Positions 1-9,392 of a stretch of DNA of 46,605 nucleotides are shown here, one piece after another. The stretch covers positions 1 through 46,605 of the forward strand of contig VFJT01000118.1 of the NCBI GenBank assembly GCA_009885935.1, written 5' to 3'. Each line of letters opens with the position of its first letter. Positions within the stretch are counted from its first letter, which is position 1. Under the pieces are notes generated by a model. The model was not told where the DNA came from and did no database searches. It saw only the letters and a program-made list of their open reading frames with translations. This DNA comes from Gammaproteobacteria bacterium (GTDB taxonomy: Bacteria > Pseudomonadota > Gammaproteobacteria > UBA1113). The position numbers and the translations under genes are program-made.

Positions 1-80
1 CAATGAAGATGCGAGAAAAGGTTTATGACACAAGGCTATTCGGGCGACTCTACGCGTCAATGGCATTCGGTTAAGCACAT

Positions 81-104
81 GGGCGGCTCACGAGCGGCTC
101 TTCT
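81..104 (-). repeat. Degenerate GTAG-type REP, short family B
   Basis: gggcggctcacgagcggctcttct resembles gggcggctcgcgagccgcccctac (30866-30889) and gggcggctcaggagccgctcttac (20037-20060). Confidence 0.55.
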
Positions 105-382
105 CGAATAACACTGTAGAATATAATATCTCTCTTAGTATGAATCGCATCTTACGGAACGGGTAGCTCTATGCTATCGTAACTTACTCATAGACACAAA
201 TGCGAAAACCACTAACTTGCTTGTTCTGAAACTTATCAACGAATTGTTTAACCCTTACAGCAATAACGAAATTCCGCATAATTGTTATTTTTCAGTAGCT
301 TATCGGCTATATTCGTGGGAATCTCTCAGCGCGCAGTGACGAGGACCGGCGCAATTAAAAATATTCGCAGTGCTAGCAAAAT

Positions 383-1042
383 CTATTCACCAAGCCAAAC
401 GACAATATCTTCAATTACATGCCCTTGTACCACGCCTCTGTTTTCGTAGCGAGTCTTTGGCCGTTCTAAAATTTCTACACCTGATGATGGCCTTTTAAAA
501 GATAATTTTGGACAGGATGCCAGTAATGCTTGCACCGCCAAGCAATAATCCGCCCAATCGCTGGCAAAATGTAAAAAAGCGCCTGGCTTCATATGCGCTA
601 ACAATACATCTAAAAAATCGGTTTGTAGCAAGCGTCGTTTGTGATGCCGTTTTTTGGGCCAAGGATCGGGAAAAAAAATCTGCACTCCCGCTAAACTGTG
701 TAAAGGTAATTGTTCTTTGAGCAGCAACACCACATCGCCGTAAGCAATGTGCACATTGGATAATTGTTTTTCTTCTAATAAAGTCGCTAAACGAGCGGCC
801 CCGGGTAAGAATACCTCGGCTCCTAAAAAATGTGTGTGCGGATACTGTGCTGCTTGCCACGCCAAACTATGGCCCATACCAAAACCTATATCTAAGATCA
901 AAGGTTTATCCACCACCGTATCTTTCACCCACAAATACTGTGGCAATACGGACTCTACAGCCAACTTTTGTGCCGGTGTCATACGTCCCGCGCAACGGGC
1001 GAAGCTTTTAATGCGCCGTGGTGGATAAATCGATTCACTCAT
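383..1042 (-). CDS. trmB: tRNA (guanine-N7)-methyltransferase
   Basis: Motifs LDIGFGMG, FFPDPWPKKRHHKRRL, ASDWADY, RPKTRYE. Confidence 0.95.
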   Translation of the reverse strand: MSESIYPPRRIKSFARCAGRMTPAQKLAVESVLPQYLWVKDTVVDKPLILDIGFGMGHSLAWQAAQYPHTHFLGAEVFLPGAARLATLLEEKQLSNVHIAYGDVVLLLKEQLPLHSLAGVQIFFPDPWPKKRHHKRRLLQTDFLDVLLAHMKPGAFLHFASDWADYCLAVQALLASCPKLSFKRPSSGVEILERPKTRYENRGVVQGHVIEDIVVWLGE

Positions 1043-2046
1043 AAGCCAGTCACGATTTCTTTGACCAATCCTGGTCCTTCATAAATTAAGCCGCTGTACA
1101 ATTGCAGCAATTTAGCCCCTGCTGCGCGTTTGCATTTGGCATCGGCCAAGGAGATTATACCGCCCACACCCACCAAGGGTATGGCTTCTCCTACAGCCTC
1201 ATAAAATGCTGCCAATACCGCATCGGCACGTGCGCTTAAAGCACGGCCACTGATACCCCCCGGCTGGGAGCGCCATTCTATTGGCACATTATCGCGATTG
1301 ATCGTTGTGTTGGTGGCAACAATGGCGTCCATTTGCTGCGCGCAAAAAATATCGGCTAAAACTTTAATTTCTTCGTTGCTTAAATCCGGCGCTACCTTAA
1401 TCCACAAAGGCACAACCCGTTGGTAACGATCGGCATAATCACGTTGTGCTTTTTTTAAGCCTGTTAACAGCTGCTGACAATACTCTTTGTGTTGCAGTTC
1501 GCGCAACCCGGTCATATTGGGGGAAGAAATGTTAATGGTGACGTAATCACAAAAAGGCGCCACTCTATCAAAGCAGTATAGATAATCATTTAGCGCATCT
1601 ACTAAGGATGTATTCGTATTTTTACAGATATTCACGCCTACAATCTGGCCTATAGGCCTTTTTTTCAGATTTTCCACCAAATAATCCACGCCACGATTGC
1701 AAAACCCTATGCGATTTAATAAGGATTGTTGTGCTGGCAAACGAAATAAACGCGGTTTAGGGTGCCCAGACTGTGCTTTAGGGGTAATACCACCGACTTC
1801 AATAAATCCAAAGCCCATATGAAACAAAGCCGGTAAATGCGCTGCATGGTTATCAAAACCCGCGGCTAAGCCTACCGGGTTTGGGAAAGACAAGCCTGCG
1901 ACTTGTAGCGGTGTTTGCAGTGCCCATTTTGGGTATTTATCGAACAATTTTGCCTGCCAATCCAATAGTCTTAATGCCGCGTGATGAGCGGTTTCAGGAG
2001 GGCACATAAACAATAAAGGTCTTATCGATCGGTATATTTGACTCAT
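1039..2046 (-). CDS. pyrD: Quinone-dependent dihydroorotate dehydrogenase (class 2)
   Basis: Motifs FPNPVGLAAGFD, GFGFIEVG, INISSPN, KVAPDL, ATNTT, GGISG, YSGLIYEGP. Confidence 0.95.
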   Translation of the reverse strand: MSQIYRSIRPLLFMCPPETAHHAALRLLDWQAKLFDKYPKWALQTPLQVAGLSFPNPVGLAAGFDNHAAHLPALFHMGFGFIEVGGITPKAQSGHPKPRLFRLPAQQSLLNRIGFCNRGVDYLVENLKKRPIGQIVGVNICKNTNTSLVDALNDYLYCFDRVAPFCDYVTINISSPNMTGLRELQHKEYCQQLLTGLKKAQRDYADRYQRVVPLWIKVAPDLSNEEIKVLADIFCAQQMDAIVATNTTINRDNVPIEWRSQPGGISGRALSARADAVLAAFYEAVGEAIPLVGVGGIISLADAKCKRAAGAKLLQLYSGLIYEGPGLVKEIVTGL

Positions 2047-2092
2047 TTTTTGCTTTCTTCGTCTACAATTAAGGGTAGGAGTATATAAAGAA

Positions 2093-3619
2093 GTGGCTTC
2101 TATGTACAGTCATCATTTTCTAATCGAATTTATCAGTGTGTTAGCCATAGGCGGCGTGACCCTTTATTGTGCCCATTGGTTGGTTACTCATCGCCCTATT
2201 TATAAGCGCTTTTTCACTTTGACCGTCAGCATTTTATTACTGTTAGGCACCGCAGTTACTTTTATCCTGGGCCACAACCAAGATGTCGTCTTTTTCCATA
2301 AAATACAAAGGGAACTCTTGGCTGCCATTATATTTTTATTTTGTTTTGTGTTTATTCAATTTTGTAACATTATTATATGGAATGGTTTACTCGTTAAAAA
2401 TGGCCGTCCTATTTTTCCTAAAGTTTTAGTGCGTTTTATTCATTTTCTTATTTTTCTAGTAGCTCTATTCGTCATTATGCAATGGCTATACGATGTTAAT
2501 GTTACGCAATTATTAGTCGCCAGCAGTTTGCTGGCTTTGATATTGGCTTATGGCGCACAATCCAATTTATCGAATGTTTTTTCGGGCATTACTTTAAACA
2601 TTACTCGTAATATGGAAATTGGTGATTGGATAGAAGTTGAAATAACCCCCGGTGTATTCATTTCCGGTTATGTAGACAGCTTAGATTGGCGCTGCGTTAC
2701 TTTAAAAAATTATGACGAAAATTTAGTGGTCATTCCTAATAGCGTGTTAACAGAAAAGATATTTGTAAATTACAGTCAGCCCTACCCTCTATTTAAGCAA
2801 CAATTTTATTTAAAAATAGCTTATACTATTCGCCCAGATGAAGTCATTTTTTGTTTGAAAAAAGCGATGTCGGAAAATTCTAAAATACGACAGGATCGAG
2901 ATATGAATGCGCATGTATCCGCCTTAGAGGGAGACAGTGCCACTTATCATATAGAATTTTTTTCGGAGAAGTATGTAAACCATGACATTAAAGATGAGAT
3001 TATCCGATCTGCTTATTATCAAATATTAAGAACTCATCATTCGGCCGCCCCTTTCGTTACATTTTCGCTTATCAAACATCCCAGCGATGCTTTGCGCATT
3101 AATACAGAAAAAATAGCCGGCCTCATTTCTAGTCAATCTGTTTTAAGTTGCTTATACCCTGAAGAATTGAGTGAACTGATCAATCATGCTGATTTCGAGC
3201 GTTTCTCTGCCAACGAAGTACTATTGCAACAGGGCCTTGCCAATACTTATCTCTATATCCTATTAGAAGGTGGTTTACAAATAGAACATCAAAATCAAGA
3301 TGGCAGCCGGATGATTTTAGAAAACCTTCGTGATTTTGCTGTGGTCGGTGAATACAGCATGTTATTAGACGAATTACCTCAACAAACGGTACGCTGCACA
3401 GAGGAAAGCCTGGTGATGATCATTCGTCGTGAGGTGTTTCGTAATATCGTGCTGAAACGCACAGAAATTATAGACTCGTTGAAAAACATTATAGAGAGTC
3501 GACGATCTGAAAATGCTCGTAAGATAGAAAAACATCAAAGACAAAAAGAACATGAACTAAATGATTTGGCGGGATCTATCTTGGAACGGCTTAAAGCTAT
3601 TTTTCATGCGGGACCTTAA
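2093..3619 (+). CDS. MscS-family channel fused to a C-terminal cyclic-nucleotide-binding domain (bCNG-like)
   Basis: N-terminal TM helices; MscS motifs LSNVFSGI, IGDWIEV, G.V..LDWR, VVIPNS; cNMP-like C-terminus (F...EVLLQQG..LYILLEG, VGEYSML..P...TVRC). Alternative ATG start at 2102. Confidence 0.85.
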   Translation: MASMYSHHFLIEFISVLAIGGVTLYCAHWLVTHRPIYKRFFTLTVSILLLLGTAVTFILGHNQDVVFFHKIQRELLAAIIFLFCFVFIQFCNIIIWNGLLVKNGRPIFPKVLVRFIHFLIFLVALFVIMQWLYDVNVTQLLVASSLLALILAYGAQSNLSNVFSGITLNITRNMEIGDWIEVEITPGVFISGYVDSLDWRCVTLKNYDENLVVIPNSVLTEKIFVNYSQPYPLFKQQFYLKIAYTIRPDEVIFCLKKAMSENSKIRQDRDMNAHVSALEGDSATYHIEFFSEKYVNHDIKDEIIRSAYYQILRTHHSAAPFVTFSLIKHPSDALRINTEKIAGLISSQSVLSCLYPEELSELINHADFERFSANEVLLQQGLANTYLYILLEGGLQIEHQNQDGSRMILENLRDFAVVGEYSMLLDELPQQTVRCTEESLVMIIRREVFRNIVLKRTEIIDSLKNIIESRRSENARKIEKHQRQKEHELNDLAGSILERLKAIFHAGP

Positions 3620-3634
3620 TTTAATGGCCCGCCC

Positions 3635-5026
3635 TTACTGATATCGCCATGTTGTTTCATTATCACTATCTTCTATCATTACACCTTTTTGTGCCAATTG
3701 TTGTCGTACCTCATCGGCCTTGGCCCAATTTTTTTCTGCACGCGCTGAACGGCGTGTAGCAATCAATGCTTCTATTTCGTTTGCAGCTATAGCAGAATGC
3801 GCATCTTGTTGAAAATAATTTTCAACCGGCTCCGTCAACAAACCCAGTACTGCAGCTAATTTTTTCAACATTTGTGCGAGTGCTATGACATTGTCTGGCT
3901 CTTCAATTTTATTGCGATTTAATTCTCGCACCAAGTCAAATAAAACGGACAATGCCACCGGGGTGTTAAAATCGTCGTCCATTGCTTCCATAAAGCGCGT
4001 CTCATAAGCCTTAGCCACGTCATTTTCTATTATCTCTGTAGGCAAAGCTAACCCGCGTAAAGCACCGTACAAACGATCTAAAGCGCTTTGTGCGCCCTCT
4101 AATGCTTCCAGTGAATAATCCATCGGGCTGCGATAATGGCCGTATAATAGGAAATAACGTACGACCTCGTTCTTCCATTCACGCAACACCTCGTGTATCG
4201 TAAAAAAATTGTTTAAGGATTTAGACATTTTTTCTTTGTTGATTTCAACAAAACCTACATGCATCCAATAGTTTACAAAGGGTTTTTCATAAGCGCCTTC
4301 TGCCTGTGCAATTTCATTTTCATGATGCGGAAACTTTAAATCGTTGCCCCCACCGTGTATATCAAAAGGCTGGCCTAATTCTAAACTGGACATGACTACG
4401 CATTCTGTATGCCAACCCGGACGACCATTGCCCCAGGGCGAGGGCCAATAGGGTTCATTCTCTTTAGACATTTTCCACAACACAAAATCCAAGGGTGTTT
4501 TTTTAGCCTCTACAATGGCAACGCGTGAACCAGCTTCTAGTGCTTCTAAATCTTTATGTGCTAGCTTCCCATAATTTTTAAATTGCGTCACGTCAAAATA
4601 AACATCGCCCGTAGTGCCTACATAAGCTAAACCCTTGGCTATGAGTGTTTCTATTAAAGTTACCATTTGCGGGACATAGTCCGTAGCCTTAGGCTCAGAA
4701 TCTGGAGTCAAAGTGCCTAGCGCTTGCATGTCTTCCGTTAAAGCGTTGATAAACCGCGTGGTTAAAGCGTGCATGGATTCTTTATTTTCAAGCGCTCTTT
4801 TGATAATTTTGTCGTCTATATCGGTGATGTTCCGCACGTAATTGACTTTATAGCCACAATAACGCAAATATCGATTGATTACATCAAAAGCGACCATCAG
4901 CCTGGCATGACCTATATGGCAATAATCATACACCGTTATACCACAGACATACATCGTCACTTCATTGGCCCGTATGGGTTTAAAGATTTCTTTTTGTTTG
5001 CTTTTACTATTATAAATGACTAGCAT
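3635..5026 (-). CDS. cysS: Cysteine--tRNA ligase
   Basis: MYVCGITVYDYCHIGHAR, NITDIDDKII, GRPGWH, DIHGGG.DL.FPHHENEIAQ, KMSKS. Confidence 0.98.
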   Translation of the reverse strand: MLVIYNSKSKQKEIFKPIRANEVTMYVCGITVYDYCHIGHARLMVAFDVINRYLRYCGYKVNYVRNITDIDDKIIKRALENKESMHALTTRFINALTEDMQALGTLTPDSEPKATDYVPQMVTLIETLIAKGLAYVGTTGDVYFDVTQFKNYGKLAHKDLEALEAGSRVAIVEAKKTPLDFVLWKMSKENEPYWPSPWGNGRPGWHTECVVMSSLELGQPFDIHGGGNDLKFPHHENEIAQAEGAYEKPFVNYWMHVGFVEINKEKMSKSLNNFFTIHEVLREWKNEVVRYFLLYGHYRSPMDYSLEALEGAQSALDRLYGALRGLALPTEIIENDVAKAYETRFMEAMDDDFNTPVALSVLFDLVRELNRNKIEEPDNVIALAQMLKKLAAVLGLLTEPVENYFQQDAHSAIAANEIEALIATRRSARAEKNWAKADEVRQQLAQKGVMIEDSDNETTWRYQ

Positions 5027-5028
5027 AA

Positions 5029-6456
5029 TTAACTCTCTGCAGTAAATAAAGCAACCGCCGCCGCAAAACGGCGTTGCACTTGCTCGCTGCCCATCAGCTG
5101 CAATACATCCTCTAATTGCGGCCCATGGAATGATCCTGTTAACGCCACGCGCAAGGGTTGAAACAAAGCGCGGCCCTTGACGTTACATTCTTTCTGCAAG
5201 CACTGTTGCAAATAAGCGTAATCTACGCCTTGTTCCTTGACAGCAGCTATGGCTGTAATAAAAAAACCTTTACCCGCTTGAATGAGCACATCGCGCAGCG
5301 TAGGCTCCAAAACAAGTGTGTCCGCATACAAGCGCGTAGCCCAATCATCAAATTCTTTGGGGAAAACAATATTGAGTTGCATGGTTTTTAAGAATGCTTC
5401 TTGTTTTGCGGCAGGCACTAAGGTAAATTGTGTGCTGTGCTCGCCAATCCATAATCTAAACGCCGATTGCGACAAGCGCATCACGGCTTCTTTTTGCCAG
5501 TGTAATAATTGTTGTTCATCAAAATGCGCTGCTGATCGACTCAAATGACTAAAATCAAAGCCCGCAGCCAATTGCGCTAAACTCATAAATTGTTCATCAC
5601 TATAATAATGACCCAAACGTGCTAAATAATTGACAATAGCTAGAGGTAAATACCCTTCTTTGCGCAAGGTTTGTATATTGCGACTGCCATTGCGTTTAGA
5701 CAAGGGCGTATGATCCGCACCCATGATCAAGGAAATGTGGCAATATTGCGGCACTCTTAAGTTCAGTGCTTGTAAAATCAATATTTGTTTCGGTGTGTTG
5801 GTGAGATGGTCTTCTCCACGCACTACATGCGTCACGCCCATCATGGCATCGTCTATGGCGTTACAATACATGAAAGGTGCAGTACCATCGGCACGGCGTA
5901 TGATAAAATCGCCTATATCATCGGTTAAAAAACGTTGTGGCCCCTTGGCTAAATCTGTAAATTCTACCGCTTCGCCATCCGGCATTCTAAAACGCAAGGT
6001 GGGTTTTTCGCCCGCAGCGATTCTTGCTTTGACTTCTTCGGCCAATAAATGCCTACAAGTGCCCGCATAACGCGGCGGCAGACTTTGAGAGCGTTGCACT
6101 TTGCGCATGGCTTCTAAATCTTCATCACTGCAAAAGCAAGGGTAAGCATGCAGCCCTAAACGTTGATAATCGTTATCGTAAATGGCTTGGCGCTCAGATT
6201 GCCAATAAGGACCATTGTTGCCGCCCACTTCCGGACCTTCTTGCCAGTCTAATCCTAACCAGCGCAGATCGGCCATTAACGCTTCCGTGTATTCGCTTTT
6301 AGAACGCTCTTTATCGGTGTCTTCAATGCGCAGCAAAAATGTGCCTTGCAGTTTGTGTGCCAATAAGACATTAAACAATGCCGTACGCACATTACCGAAA
6401 TGGATTAAGCCGGTGGGGCTAGGGCAAAAACGAAACTTTAGGGACGATGTTTGCAT
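5029..6456 (-). CDS. gltX: Glutamate--tRNA ligase
   Basis: RFCPSPTG..HFGN (HIGH), LRIEDTD, YPCFC, RGEDHLTNT, LSKR (KMSKS), anticodon domain PLRVALTG. Confidence 0.95.
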   Translation of the reverse strand: MQTSSLKFRFCPSPTGLIHFGNVRTALFNVLLAHKLQGTFLLRIEDTDKERSKSEYTEALMADLRWLGLDWQEGPEVGGNNGPYWQSERQAIYDNDYQRLGLHAYPCFCSDEDLEAMRKVQRSQSLPPRYAGTCRHLLAEEVKARIAAGEKPTLRFRMPDGEAVEFTDLAKGPQRFLTDDIGDFIIRRADGTAPFMYCNAIDDAMMGVTHVVRGEDHLTNTPKQILILQALNLRVPQYCHISLIMGADHTPLSKRNGSRNIQTLRKEGYLPLAIVNYLARLGHYYSDEQFMSLAQLAAGFDFSHLSRSAAHFDEQQLLHWQKEAVMRLSQSAFRLWIGEHSTQFTLVPAAKQEAFLKTMQLNIVFPKEFDDWATRLYADTLVLEPTLRDVLIQAGKGFFITAIAAVKEQGVDYAYLQQCLQKECNVKGRALFQPLRVALTGSFHGPQLEDVLQLMGSEQVQRRFAAAVALFTAES

Positions 6457-6496
6457 AGCATGCTCTTATTACTCTAGAATACCTTACCATTTAACC

Positions 6497-6625
6497 TATA
6501 CTCATAGCAGTTGATTTTTAGGCGAGGCGCCTAGCCCGCGAGCCAAAGGAGTGTATGTACTAATACATGACTTTGGCGAGATGGGCGTAGGCAACAAAGC
6601 CTAAGAATCAAATGCGAAGAGTATA
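6497..6625. mobile_element. ERIC-like 129-bp miniature inverted-repeat element (MITE)
   Basis: TATACTC...GAGTATA termini; 27-bp terminal inverted repeats matching 23/27; central AGGAGTGTATGTACTAATACATGACT palindromic core; size and layout like ERIC. Confidence 0.75.
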
Positions 6626-6652
6626 TTATACCCGAGATTGTAGTGAATAAAC

Positions 6653-7366
6653 ATGTCCATACTCGTCATTTCTGACCTACACTTAAACCCTGCAGAGCCA
6701 CAAGGCTTGGCAGCTTTGGCTGCATTGCGGCAAAAATGGGCTGCGAACTGCTCTGACTTATACATTTTAGGGGATTTTTTTGAGGCTTGGGTGGGGGATG
6801 ACGACAACAATGCCTTTGTAGAGGCAACCGTTGCCGAGCTACAAGCCTGGCGTCAATTGGGCATAAAACTGTATTTTATGCCGGGTAATCGCGATTTTCT
6901 CTTGGGCAAAGACTTTGCACAACGCGTGGATTGGACCGTGCTTTCTGATCCGCAACTCGTTGATTTTTATGGAATTCCTGTATTGCTCAGCCATGGTGAT
7001 CTATTGTGTACGGATGACTTGGCGTATCTACGCTGGCGCCACTATGCCCACAGCCGCTGGCTACAACGCTTATTTTTAGCCCTGCCCTTGTGGCTACGCC
7101 GCAAAATGGCGCAAAAGGCACGGCAAAAAAGCAAACATTATGTGCAAATTTTAGATCCTATCAAGATGGATGTTGTTCCCTCCGCGGTACTTGCCTGGCT
7201 AAAACAAGCCCCTAGCAGCGTGCTAATCCATGGACATACGCATAAACCGGGTTACCATATTTGCTATCGAGATCACCGCGCCTTTACCCGCATTACCCTC
7301 AGTGATTGGCACGACGGCGCCCATGTGCTGGTGTGGGAGAAGGATAATAGCGCACGGTTGATTTAA
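6653..7366 (+). CDS. lpxH: UDP-2,3-diacylglucosamine diphosphatase
   Basis: ISDLHL, LYILGDFFEAWVGDD, GNRDFLLG, HGDLLCTDD, IHGHTHKP. Confidence 0.95.
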   Translation: MSILVISDLHLNPAEPQGLAALAALRQKWAANCSDLYILGDFFEAWVGDDDNNAFVEATVAELQAWRQLGIKLYFMPGNRDFLLGKDFAQRVDWTVLSDPQLVDFYGIPVLLSHGDLLCTDDLAYLRWRHYAHSRWLQRLFLALPLWLRRKMAQKARQKSKHYVQILDPIKMDVVPSAVLAWLKQAPSSVLIHGHTHKPGYHICYRDHRAFTRITLSDWHDGAHVLVWEKDNSARLI

Positions 7367-7367
7367 C

Positions 7368-8819
7368 CTAAGCCCTAGTGTGCGCCAATGCCGCTAAATA
7401 CTCAGCATCAATATCGCCAGTAATATAATCGCCGCTAAATACAGAATCTTCAAAACGGGTGATATCTGGATTGCCTTCGCGCGCTGCGGCAATTAAATCT
7501 TTTAGATCTTGGAAAATCAAACCGTCGGCCCCGAGCAAAACCCTAATTTCCTCTACACTGCGATCATGCGCGATGAGATCGGTTGCTCGTGGCATATCGA
7601 TGCCATACACATTTGGTGCAATCACCTCCGGTGCAGCAGAAGCAAAATAAACTTTTTTAGCCCCCGCAGCACGTGCCAGTTCGATAATTTCCTTTGAGGT
7701 AGTGCCGCGCACAATAGAATCATCCACCAAAAGCACATTCTTACCTTGAAATTCTAAATCGATGGCATTTAATTTACGTTGCACCGATTTACGGCGTATG
7801 GCTTGACCCGGCATAATGAAAGTACGGCCTATGTAATGGTTTTTGACTAAGCCTTCGCGGTATTTTAAACCCAAACGCAAAGACATCGCGTAAGCCGCGG
7901 TACGGCTGGTTTCGGGTACGGGCATAACTACATCGATATCGTGCTCGGGCCATAGCCGCAATAATTTTTCGGCTAGATATTCCCCTAATTTCAAACGAAC
8001 TTTATACACTAATATCTTGGACATAATGGAATCGGGACGTGACAAATAAACAAATTCAAATAAACACGGTGATAGTTGCGTTTTCTTAGCGCACTGTTGT
8101 CGCTGCATTTGTCCATCTACGCTGATAAAAACAGCCTCGCCCGGCGCCACATCGTCTAATAGATGAAATCCTAGGCTATCCAAAGCCACCGTTTCCGAAG
8201 CAAACAGATAATCCGGCGCAGCATTGTCGTTTTGCCTAACGCCCAAAGACAAAGGCCTAATGCCATAAGGATCGCGAAAAGCTAACAGTCCATAACCGGC
8301 GATCAACACGATCACCGCATAAGCGCCTTTGCACCTAGGGTGTAGTTTACTCACAGCCTGAAATAATTTTTCTGGCGTTAGCTCGCCTGCTGCCACCCGT
8401 TGCAATTCTTCCGCAAAAACATTCAGCAACACCTCCGAATCTGAGCGTGTATTGAGATGTCTAAAGCCTTTTTGCCATAATTCTTTTTGCAAACTAGCCG
8501 CGTTGGTTAAGTTGCCATTGTGCACTAAACACAAACCATAAGGTGAATTGACATACAGTGGCTGCGCCTCAGCTGCAGAATCGGTGCCTGCAGTAGGATA
8601 ACGCACATGCCCTAAACCATAATGGCCGCGCAAACGCAGTATATCTTGCGCATTCACCACATCGCGCACAAAACCCTTGCCTTTTTGTAAATGTATTTGT
8701 AGGTCTTCACAAGTGGCTATGCCCGCTGCATCCTGACCTCTGTGCTGTAGCAGCGTTAAGGCATCATACAATTCAGCGCTGACATTTTGTTTGGAAATTA
8801 ACCCGGCTATACCACACAC
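7368..8819 (-). CDS. purF: Amidophosphoribosyltransferase
   Basis: MCGI N-terminus, LQHRGQD, GHVRYPTAG, HNGNLTN, FEFVY..RPDS, LLVDDSIVRGTTS. Confidence 0.97.
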   Translation of the reverse strand: MCGIAGLISKQNVSAELYDALTLLQHRGQDAAGIATCEDLQIHLQKGKGFVRDVVNAQDILRLRGHYGLGHVRYPTAGTDSAAEAQPLYVNSPYGLCLVHNGNLTNAASLQKELWQKGFRHLNTRSDSEVLLNVFAEELQRVAAGELTPEKLFQAVSKLHPRCKGAYAVIVLIAGYGLLAFRDPYGIRPLSLGVRQNDNAAPDYLFASETVALDSLGFHLLDDVAPGEAVFISVDGQMQRQQCAKKTQLSPCLFEFVYLSRPDSIMSKILVYKVRLKLGEYLAEKLLRLWPEHDIDVVMPVPETSRTAAYAMSLRLGLKYREGLVKNHYIGRTFIMPGQAIRRKSVQRKLNAIDLEFQGKNVLLVDDSIVRGTTSKEIIELARAAGAKKVYFASAAPEVIAPNVYGIDMPRATDLIAHDRSVEEIRVLLGADGLIFQDLKDLIAAAREGNPDITRFEDSVFSGDYITGDIDAEYLAALAHTRA

Positions 8820-8831
8820 ACGCTTACCCTC

Positions 8832-9374
8832 TTACGTTGATTCTTTTAATTGAGACGCCGTATCAGCCGCATCGGTGTCACTAGCGGCAACAGAGGTGTA
8901 CTTGTCCTGATATTGATCTAACCAAGCAACACTCTTTTGTAAATATTTAACCATGCCCGAATCCTGCCACCAGGGCTTTTCTTTTAAAGAAGTATTAGAG
9001 ATACCCCATACAACCAGAGCGACTACTACAAAACCGCGCAGTATGCCGAATAAAAAGCCTACAAATTTATCTAGATAAGTAGATTCCGACTTTTTCATAA
9101 AATGTAAAATAATCTTTTTTAGCACGGTGCCGATCAACAAGGTGGCGAGGATAATGCTGATTACTGCCGCCCACAGCCTAGCGCTGGTATTGGGAATAAT
9201 GTCTACAAAATAGAATTCGACGCGTGCTGAATACTCAAAAGCCAGCCACAACGCCACTAGAACAATGAGTAAAGACAGCGATTCGTGCACAAAGCCACGC
9301 ATAAAGCCGATTAAACTAGAAGCAATGACTATAGCAATTAAGATATAATCTAGCATAGTTAACGTAATGGTCAT
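8832..9374 (-). CDS. cvpA: CvpA-family membrane protein
   Basis: LDY.......S..IGFMRGFVHE, DKFVGFLFGILRG; directly upstream of purF as usual. Confidence 0.9.
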   Translation of the reverse strand: MTITLTMLDYILIAIVIASSLIGFMRGFVHESLSLLIVLVALWLAFEYSARVEFYFVDIIPNTSARLWAAVISIILATLLIGTVLKKIILHFMKKSESTYLDKFVGFLFGILRGFVVVALVVWGISNTSLKEKPWWQDSGMVKYLQKSVAWLDQYQDKYTSVAASDTDAADTASQLKEST

Positions 9375-9392
9375 GTTATTTTTCCTCTGTTT

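Noticed and set aside
1-382. Possible gene end (1-74) and short ORFs in the first 380 bp
   Set aside because: Too short to assign a frame or family
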